Positions 54,201-64,000 of a DNA stretch of 64,000 nucleotides are shown here, piece after piece. Made by a program: the position numbers and the translations under genes. Numbering within the stretch: the first letter of the stretch is position 1; each line of letters starts with the position of its first letter. Where the stretch lies: positions 5,403,978-5,467,977 of the forward strand of contig OZ199838.1 of assembly GCA_964304625.1 (NCBI GenBank), written 5' to 3'. Origin of the DNA: Kudoa neothunni (lineage: Eukaryota; Animalia; Cnidaria). A model generated the notes under the pieces. The model was not told where the DNA came from. It ran no database searches and worked only from the letters and a program-made list of their open reading frames with translations.

Positions 54201-56981
54201 TCATCAAATAATGACAATATATTCCGATTTTAAGATATTATTAAATTGCATGGTGGTTAAAAGTAGTGCACAATATCCATTTTCTAGTATTTGTAAAAAA
54301 ATTTCTTAAATAAATAAATTCAAATGTTTCCATAACAACTTTAAAGACTAATGAGATAGAACAACACTTTATAAAACGATAAAATAATGACACAACGAAA
54401 AATGCGCAACATCCACCTACGTAATAACTGTCGTTGACTGTATTCTCATTTGATGAAGACCTTAAAAAACGTAAAAATGCCACAATAAAATCTCAAAGAA
54501 CGATTGAAATAGAAGCAATTCTAACGATAACATTAAGAAAGTGATTAGAGTTAGTGAGATAGGGATATTTCTATGGATTGAACATATTCGCGAATGAAAA
54601 CCTATAGTGTGGCACCGCTGTAATTTGACCATTTTCCCACAGTAAGAGGTTTTTAAGAAGTTTTTCTCTAGAATAGTATATAGTGATATTATGATGACGA
54701 AAACCGCTGTTACCCCGTGTTGTAATCAAAATTTCTTTCGTGGTTAAATGTAAAATATTTGAACATATCAATGGAACAGGAATTAGGATCTATACACGTA
54801 ACATCATATTTATTGTTCACCTTCAACTCTTGATACAGGTTGGCGATTATTGTAGCAGTAAAAATGCACTAAAATTAATTTGTTTACATATGAGTAAGTA
54901 AATTGTTCACAATTTTTCGTTGCTTATTGTTGAGAAACTCTCTCCGACACAATAATGAGAACACTCTTTTTGCTGCATTACCCTCAAAGAGTAGCTCTGA
55001 AATTTTGCTGTAACACTACCATAAAACAATTAAATAGTGAATGCCTCAGGTTTGTAAATACTGCGAGATCAGCACATTTCAGTTCTTCTATTGTTAAATT
55101 GACTAAAAAATAATGACTAATCAAATTAAATATTGGTATAATTTAGGGAATTTATTTTTAACATATTATAGGAATTTATTTATTAACAATAAGTAATATA
55201 TATAATTGGATTCTGATAGAGTGGTGTTAGAAACTTTTTCCACCTACCTGTATTGCCGATACAGTTTCCACCGAGCTCACAATAACGTTTGTGAATGTTT
55301 ATTTCATTGATCAAATATTCGAGGGTGGTATTTAGTCGTAAATTATCAATTTCCTAATGAATATTTTGAAATTTTGTATTAAAATTGTATGTTACGCTGA
55401 GTTCAGATATCGAATTATAGATATTGACCAAACGGAAAACACGATTTTTGAGGAGCAGTTTTGATTCTTCCGTGAGATTGTTAAAACGGTCAAGCGTATC
55501 CATCTAAATATCTTCAACTACGCACTAATACCATCGTCAAACTACTTTATAGTATCGCGCTGTATTAGTCACATGAAAACCAGTGAAAATAGTCCCTAAA
55601 CACATGTTAACGGTTTATTTAAAAAATTTATACATAAGCAAACGAGTAATCCTATCATTGTCATTTAAAACAAGTATCTCTTCGTCATTTGGTACAAACA
55701 ATTTCGCTCGTTATTTATAATGATTTATCTTATCATTTAAACAAAAGAAAAAATTATCACTGTAAATACACGATATTTTAAACTGCGTAACTTAATTTAG
55801 AGATTAGTTCAAGAATGGTACCCTGATCTTTTATCGCTAGTTACATTAAAAGGTGAGCTGATGAATTATATGCATAGTATTAAGAAACTTTTGTAAGGCA
55901 TTTGGCTCAATTTGTGCCGATGATTATGTACATTTTTAATATTCTTTTCTTGGAATAAGGCTAAAATTTATATTAAGTGTATATAAGTCTTAACTTTTAA
56001 TGTTAGAAGTTATCATATTCTTGCAAATTTCACAATACAATTTATCTAATAGATAAATTATGAAAATTAGAACAGTTTGGCAACTTTAATATATATGTAG
56101 TATTGTAGACCATACTTATTGATGAGCGGGTGAAAATAATAAATTTTATTATTTAAAACAAATTTTTTTGTTAACACTTTATTTATCTTTGTAGAATTTT
56201 AATCATCGACACCAAAAAGGTGAAACGCCGTATGATCAAATTATTTAAAGTAAAAAATGCACGCACCGCTAATTTTATCAATTTTATGAACTCAATAAAA
56301 TAATACCCACGTAGATTACTCTCAAATGATTATTTTACTTGTGATAACATGAGAATTAAATATTAAGAATTAGCATTTAATGTATTGTTTGTTAATCTGC
56401 TCTAACAGTTTTTGAATTTAATTCTAATCAGATTCATTTTTATAAAAGAATCTTGAAAATATACCATTAACAAACTTTGCTTGGTTAACTTATGAAGCAT
56501 AATTTTATTTATGAAGGAACACCAAAGCCCGTGAAACATGTGTTATTGTTATTGAAAACACTTCAAATTAAATTAATAATTATTTATTATTCTCTTATCC
56601 TAAACATATTTTTAGATACTATCTAAAGCTCAAAATATTTGAATGAGCTCATTGTTATCGACAAATTAATGATCGCACTGTCATAACACGAATTGATGGC
56701 AACTTTCTATATATGAAAGTGAAAACTCTTTTATTTTAGATACCTTATAAATACGTTGTCTCTAATTTTGATATTATGGACAAAACTACAAAGAAAAACG
56801 GAAAACGTATTTGTTGCTTCCTACAGTGAACATCTAGCACGTTCATTTTAATATTTTGACTAGACCTCGACATGTTGACATTTTCTTAAAAATTGGAAAT
56901 AAGGAACATTATTAAGCAGAAACATTTCTGATTCTACTTAATGGTACTTAGGTTTCTGATAAACTTCCTCAAGAAATGATA

Positions 56982-57160
56982 CAGTCGAACCCCGTTCATC
57001 CGAATTACGTTTATCCGAAAATCACACTATCCAATAGAAAAATGTTAGGACCAAATATTTTAGAATAAACGCGGCTAGACTTTATTCATTTTTTGGTCGT
57101 GAAAATTCGGCGAAAAAAATAAATAAAAAAATGTCTAAGTGTTTCATATTTTATAATTCT
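56982..57160. mobile_element. pogo/Tigger-type terminal fragment
   Basis: TA-cagtcgaaccccgttcatccgaa, similar to the TIR at 2251. No partner end found. Confidence 0.5.
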
Positions 57161-57170
57161 CTATCTACTA

Positions 57171-58205
57171 CAGTGGCGCACAAACTTTTGGAGATTCTGG
57201 TCAAACTTTAATCTTCGAAAATTTCCAGGGGCCAGAAAGTTTAAAACTAAGATTATATCTCACATTTTGGATAAATTTACGAATTTCGAAACGTAATATT
57301 CAAAATAATTCATATAGACTAAGTTTATTAAATGTTTTAAATTGAATAACGAATGATATAGTGAACAAATACTATTCATCCTTGTTGAATAAAATAACAT
57401 TTTTCTGTCCAGGCATCATCAAATTTTCTATTCTCATCCTAAACTTTTTTTTCGAATTTCAGTCGTTTTACCTTGGAAATAAAATAAAAATAAGCTGAAT
57501 CAAATAGGAGATATATATTGGGTGAGAAAAGTGATCGTGCGTGCATATGTGAAGTGCAGTTTAAATTGCCCTTTAATACGTGTTTATTATTAGCTCTAAC
57601 GGATATTTATCCTTCGTTTCAAGGTTTATTTTAGGTTTTTTTGTTTTTCTTGTAGAAATATTCCAAAAACTTTTATTTTTATGCAAAATATAAATATCCT
57701 ATTATTTTGAATCGTTTATAAAACGTAGTTTAATTATTAATTCTATTTTAATTGAACTTAAGTTTTGGGTGAGCATCATCAAACGAATTTTTAAATTATA
57801 AATCCGCCCAGGATCTGTATGATTTTCTTCTCCTCCATACATACTCAGGAAGAAATAATTAAAATTAGAACATGAACTTCGATTAAAAACGCCTTTTCTG
57901 TATCACATGGTGAAGTGGCTAATAGCAATAAATTTTTTTGCCTATTTAGAGAGTTTTTTGATGTTTCGTTCTTATTGATTCGCATATAATATAGAACTCA
58001 AATAAATTGTTTTAGTAGTTTCATTAGGTGTTCTCGATATATTCAATAACTGGATCAACCAATTGAAGTTAAATGATCTAATGCTGTTTTTCATTTCATT
58101 TAAAGGTATACCATTAATTTGAACTTAATTAGGGTTCATCGCGGACTACAAAAAAGCTCATTGAGGGACGGATTAGGTCCGCGGACCGCAGTTTGTGAAC
58201 CCCTG
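57171..58205. mobile_element. Non-autonomous hAT element
   Basis: TIRs cagtggcgcacaaact ... agtttgtgaacccctg; 8-bp TSD atctacta / acctacta. Confidence 0.85.
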
Positions 58206-58213
58206 ACCTACTA

Positions 58214-60611
58214 TCTTCTATATATAAAAGCCTAAGTGACCGTGTGTGTGTCAGCAAGTACGCATATGCAACAAATTTTTTCCTTATAAATAGATACAGT
58301 ATTTCACGATTAAACTGCAAGTCGATCGCATCAATTTGTAAGTTCAATTTTAAACTTCTATTTTCTTATCTTCCTATAGATGAAGGTTAAAAATATTAAA
58401 AATTATATTAGAGAAATTATTATTACTTCACATAAATTAATTTATTTGATAATTTTGGAAAGTTAAATAAATTTTCTTAGTTAGGCCAAACAAACAGAGA
58501 AATAGCTGAAGCTGTTATAACACATGAAAGTACTATTGTTAGAATAATTAAAAAGTATCATTCAACTGAGAGTTGTGCTCGAATCAAGAAGGGTGGTAAT
58601 CGACCATCAAAATTAATAGACGACCGTATAGATCATACAACAAAATTAATGACCGATGACTGTACGATATCACTTAAAGCTGTTTTTGAAAAATTTAGTA
58701 TTGTTGTATCTAAATAGTGTGTGAATAAAAAATAAGCGATTTTAATTACCTTCTGAAATGTACTTCTGTGGTACCCCGAGTTAGGAATAGCGCCGAAAAT
58801 ATCAACAAAAAATATGAGTGAAAGTTACCATTTAAAACAGTTCTATAATTTGTATAGATACGTAGTGGAATTATTGAGGCTTAAAGAAGAACACGAAGAA
58901 ATAATATTGTTTGATGAGGTTGGATTTTCCTTGTCAATGGGACGCAAGTTAAGCAGATCAGCCTGTGGAACACGAACTAATCCATGAATGAGATCTATTC
59001 GTTCTAAGAATGTGACTCTTATTGTCGCGATAAGTCCAAAATATTATGGACATTTAACATCGAGCACGGAAGTGTGAACACACTAGTTTTTATAAATTTT
59101 ATTTTGGATCTTTTAAAAGATTTACGTGAGAATAATATATCAAAGGTTCTCATAATAATGGGTAATGTTCCCTTCTATAAATCAACAATTATCCAAGATT
59201 CTATATTTGGGGAGGGACATACTATTTTATTTTTGCCCCCATGCTCACCATTCTTAAATCCAATTGATAATTTATTCCATCAATGTAAGTCTATCTTCCG
59301 TCTGTCAAATCCAAAAAATCAAAATGAATTGGAACAATGTATGATTGAAGCAACTGAGAGGATTACCGCGAATAATTTAAAAAATTATTACCAGAATTCA
59401 AAGAAATGCCGTGAAAAGTGTCTTAGATAACAAATAATTGAAAACTAATTTAAATAATATATTTATAATTAAAATATTCATTTTTTACTATTCTTGTTGA
59501 GAACAATTAATAACATTTATTTGTTTATCTACTTATTTGTTTGTTTGTTTATTTATTTATTTATTTATTTTGCCGATGCGTGAGCAGCGGACAGATTTTG
59601 AATAAATTGAATTGGAGGTTTTTCTCAGCGCATATAAATTCAATATTAGAGAAAAAATCCTAACAATTCTTGCAATTTGATCGTGAAATATAGTATTTAT
59701 ATAACTTTTAATAGTTTACGATAATTTAACAATTATTTCATTTGTTATTACATAGACAGAAGTTCAAAAATAATGTGGGAAATTGTGTTGTCCTCGGTGT
59801 TAGGTCTGTTCAGCGGATTATGTGGTTTCAATAATAGGATTATATTTGTTTAATCATGGCAACATTTATCTGTATTAAACTTCTGCAAGACATTAAGAAT
59901 GTTTTTAGTGGTTTAAATTTAAGTTCTATATCCATGCTTTCAAGATACATCTTATATCCTTCATCTCTCTCTCTCTCTGTATATATATATGGTGTGTCCG
60001 TTTGGATGTGTTCTTAAATACACTCCTTATTTTTGGAACTTTTGTTATATTTGAATTGATAAGTACAGTTCAAAAATTCTATAGAATGCATTTAATTTAG
60101 CAAATTTATATAAATTTGCTAAATTAATGAAGAATTTGAAGCATATGTTTTAATCAGATGGATTCAATCCCTACATACTGAAACTAGGTCCCCAAATTTC
60201 GTTAAACCGCCCGTTACACTTAATTTTAAGCAATAAGATTTAATGTACAGATTGAAATTATACATTTTCTAATTATTTAAAATATTTTTGTTTATATTTA
60301 GGGATTACATAGTTGTTTTGAGGAAAGAGTGAATGAAAATGTGCAGGATAAAGAGATATTAATTTGAGAAATAAAAAATAATCGCGCAAGTTATCACCGA
60401 GTTATACAGTTATTGCCATTTTTATGATCTCCAAAATATGATCTTAATTTTAACTGCGCTTTTCACGGTCGTTAAAAATATGGATTTAAAAAACAAGGTT
60501 AATTTAACTTCTCTGAATTAATGGAAAGAATTCATATTTTTCTTTATTTTTTATACATGTTTTACGACAAAATATTTCCAATCCCGTGCGAAGCTGGGCA
60601 GTTTGCGCTAG
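58214..60611 (+). mobile_element. Non-autonomous Helitron (5' tip probably split by the hAT insertion)
   Basis: 5' end TCTTCTATATATAAAAGCCTAAGTG. 3' GC-rich hairpin-like cccgtgcgaagctggg (60583-60598), then CTAG followed by T. Confidence 0.75.
58297..59693 (+). mobile_element. Degenerate Tc1/IS630-like transposon inside the Helitron
   Basis: TA flanks; TIRs cagtatttcacgattaaactgcaag ... cttgcaatttgatcgtgaaatatag; fragments LFDEVGF and IIMGNVPFYKS...FLPPCSPFLNPIDNLF. Confidence 0.88.
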
Positions 60612-61769
60612 TTACTTATATTTATTTTCCCTATAACTCCTGTTAATTTATAAAATAGCCGATTATAATATTCAGTGTAACTTTTGTGCAAAATACGCGA
60701 GTCTCTAAATCGTGTTAAGTTGCATTAAATATAAAAAATTAATCATTGAAGTATCCTTTGGGGTCGAACAGATTTTAAAGAGCTCCAAAAGTTAAGGGAT
60801 ATGTGTAAATATCGGTTAAGTGAAAAAAGGTATGAAAATAACTTTTAGAACAAATTTATATTGAATAAAATTCGGAATTTTGAATTGTTTTTATTAATGT
60901 AATAAATATTTTTGAATAAAGGGGCTATTTGATATAAAAAATTTTCGCACGAAAAATAATCGTTGAAGACACCTATCTAATGATTTCATCGGAAGAAATT
61001 ATTTTTTAAAATCCCCAGTGATTACAATAATAATAATATTGAATTTATTTAATTAAGTAATTTTCGTTTTAATGAATTAAATAAGATTTATTGTAATGGA
61101 TTTTGGTCTTGAGTAAATTTTCTTTCTTTCTTCCTTAAATGAAATGTATGAGAGGGGAAAATTTGTTAGTCTATCATTTATTGACATTGAATATTATTAA
61201 CTTTTTATTAATCGCTAAAATGGATTTTACGTATTTAGTTGTATATTTAAAGCCTAAATTTTTCAACGTATAGGTTTTTAGCGACAGAAAGTTTTGGTGA
61301 ATACAAAGTACTAGTCCAAACATAGTATCGGAGCAATATCACTTAAATTTTAAACACATGTATAAAGCGAGCCAATAGACAGTAAGCAATAGCCGTCCCA
61401 AATTACCAAGCCAAACTTGCGAATATAAGTGTCAGCTCGAATTTCCACCGAGAAATGTCGCTGAAAAGAAGTAAAAAATCAAATTAAATCCCATTTCCTG
61501 TTTACATTTTTGAAAAATTATCTTTCAATTTTAATAATATATTTAAATACAATAAAAGTTTGAACGAACAAAACAATAAAAATATGCATTTAAGCGCACA
61601 AAGAATGTAAAATATTTTTTTAACCGGAAATCATTTAATCACCGTAAATGTGAATTTATATGCGACATGTTTTTGAAAATAAAACAGTGAAGTTTGATAT
61701 AAAACGCATATATAATAATTAGATCAACATTTAAAACATATTATATCTCGTAATTGAAATAACATAAAA

Positions 61770-62248
61770 CTATTCGAAAGCAGAAGTAAGACGAGTACGA
61801 TATGAGTATATCAAAGCGACATAACTTTAGCAGAGATTCAACTCACTCAAGTCATTAAATGGGCACCACCTTGTTACCCCAATGATGGCATATTGTCTGA
61901 TCCGCTAACATAAAATAATTTATAATAATTATTAAAATAATATAAATCATATTACTTGACATCCGAATCAGAGTTTGGATCGTTTGAAAATTCGACATAA
62001 TGCAAAAAATTACTCTTACAAAGTTTTCTGCCGGTACAATAGGAGCTGAAGTCACGTTCCAACTGCAAAGAACGATAAAAAATAGCACTTACTCTAGCCA
62101 TTTCATAGCACTAAGCAATAAACGTAATGGAATAATCGATGAAACAGTTACACTTTCTCTTTGAACATAGCTGAGTAACATTTTGTTGCATTGTGCAGTA
62201 AACACAGTTTTGACAACATCGTCTGTATCAATTAACTCCAAGATTTTA
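61770..62248 (-). CDS. Probable last exons of an unidentified gene (62152-62248, 62093-62110, 61956-62062, 61878-61904, 61770-61824)
   Basis: GC is raised locally, and four short GT-AG introns give an open frame KILELIDTDDVVK...QRES|CYEMAR|LERDFSSYC...SDVN|GSDNMPSLG|YVALIYSYRTRLTSAFE*. No homology recognised; other parses are possible. Confidence 0.4.
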
Positions 62249-62353
62249 CTAAAAACTTAATCACTGTATATAAACAAACTAAATTGGTCCGGGTTTTCCA
62301 ACCTTTTTGGTACATGACACATATTTATAAAAGTTATCTTTTCATTAACATGT

Positions 62354-62700
62354 TTAACCACCTAAGTAAAATGGGGTAGATTTCTACCCAAAGTGAATTT
62401 TGTTAACAATATTATAATGTATTAATGAGACATAACTCCTCTCCAGTTTTTGTTAATCACTTATCTTTATGAAATTTTTCTTGCGATATATCAAAAAAGT
62501 TAATGTAAAAACACCTTTCAAATTAAAATTGGGGTAGAAATCTACCCCACATTTTTCTTTTATAAAATTATTTGAGATGTTGATACATTTCATTTTTAAA
62601 AATTAACGGGAATTCAATCCAGTAAATAATGAATAAATAACGAAACACTATACATCCGATGCCTTCCCGCATGCGCAACATAGATGTGAGCGTGTCATCC
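62354..62700. mobile_element. piggyBac end of the same family as 23690-27065
   Basis: ttaaccacctaagtaaaatggggtagatttctaccc, with a second ggggtagaaatctacccc at about 62531. Confidence 0.75.
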
Positions 62701-63089
62701 ATTACTGAATACAACGATAGCTCCTCGTACTCTGCTTATTCTTATATTAGTTATTGAAAATATGATGGCTCTTCATCTGTTAGCTTAGTTCTGCACTCTA
62801 GAGAGCATCCAAAAACATATAAGTAAAACTGTTAATCAGTATTATTAGTTTCGTATTGTAGAGGGCATTAAAAAACATATGATATTATTCAACAGTTGGA
62901 CAATTTTAGTGTTTTTCTGCGCAGTATTGTACTGAATTGTTTAAGATAAGATCAATTAATTGGCAACTCTTATAAAACTTTAATTAAACGTTAAAATTAA
63001 AAAACTGCAGAAATACACTTGTAAATACAATCATAACCCAAAGAAACGCAACAATATTAACATAAGCGCATGCGTGCATAGAATATAAC

Positions 63090-64000
63090 TAGGGTTTGCA
63101 ATTTTCGACGTTTATTTTATGAATAAAAGAAAAATAAGTTTTTATCAGAGACTAAAAAAACAAAGTTTTATAGAATAAAAATAATTATTTTGAGTAACTA
63201 CTAGTTAAAATAGAGATGGACCGTTAAAATGGAGCATCGAAACCAGTGAAGCGCGTTCATTTGAGAGTTTCATTCGTTCTTTTCGAATTATATAATTTGA
63301 TTTCGTAAAGCTTCGTTCTACAGCGATAGATGAAATGGGTAATGCCAACAAATCCAACGAAAGTTTTGACAGCAATGGGCAAATATTGGATTTTTCCTTC
63401 CAAAAGTCTGTAGTGATAGAAGGATGATTTAAATCCATAATTGCCTTACAAAGGAAATTGTATTCATCTTTAAGGATAACTTTGTCTTTAACCCCTATTA
63501 AATAACAAAGATCATCAATATGTACATTTTCAATCGATAATGGCGTTGCTGGATCAATGCTTTTGATTGTTTTAAAGAAAGTGGCTGATGGAAAACAATC
63601 ATTAATACTATTTGATATAAAATCATAGATTTTCTCGATGATGCTCCCGCGAAAAGGTTCAATTTTATTGATAAGATTTGTTCTAATTTCAAATGAAAAA
63701 AGTCCAAGATTATCTTTGTGATCATTCAGAAAATTCTTCTTCATTCCAAAATCATTATTCATCGAGTCGAATATACTTGAAAAACAAAAACTATCGTTAG
63801 TTTCAATACGTTTCGAAAATTCAACCAGCGGCGTAAGTTCATCAATTAACACAGTGACAGAGAGAAATAAGACATTGATATTCTCAGAATTAATTAGTAG
63901 AATTTCATTTAGACGTTTTCCAAATTCTAAGGGTTTAACTTCATTTAGAAAATCGACAACAGCTGGATAATATTCTTTTATTTGCTTTAAGCAATTGTAA
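63090..64000 (-). mobile_element. hAT transposon 3' part; transposase C-terminal ORF 63205-63852
   Basis: DFWK...CPLLSKLSLDLLALPISSIAVERSFT...RKERMKLS is the hAT dimerisation domain; TAGGGTTTGC end at 63090. Confidence 0.88.

Noticed and set aside
52800-55600. Short ORFs and coding-like composition on the minus strand
   Set aside because: Many stops and no motif or consistent splice path found; probably an unclassified TE relic.

Overview
AT-rich eukaryotic nuclear DNA (standard genetic code, GT-AG introns mostly about 40-60 nt), not prokaryotic. The ORF track misses most gene structure because of the introns. Five housekeeping genes are recognisable: the 5' part of mTOR (-), RPE (+), KRI1 (-), CCT5 (+) and cytosolic-type LeuRS/LARS1 (-). 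There is also a secreted vWA-domain gene and the probable 3' end of an unidentified gene near 62 kb. Intergenic DNA and the long introns are filled with mostly decayed, often nested DNA transposons (piggyBac, Tc1/IS630-like, pogo, Merlin, hAT, Helitron, a 9-bp-TSD TIR element). Three things stand out. (1) The secreted vWA gene (28157-31943) builds its Pro/Ser/Gly linker from about 28 symmetric phase-1 micro-exons, 19 of them consecutive and exactly 18 nt, resembling schistosome micro-exon genes. (2) An in-frame upstream exon would add a mitochondrial-presequence-like peptide to the cytosolic LeuRS. (3) Five same-direction +1 frameshifts at homopolymers interrupt KRI1 and CCT5; these are most likely assembly errors. 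Divergent proteins, tiny introns and the Cys-rich domain suggest a reduced animal parasite, possibly a myxozoan cnidarian. That taxon call is inference only. All exon boundaries were read by hand, without RNA data.
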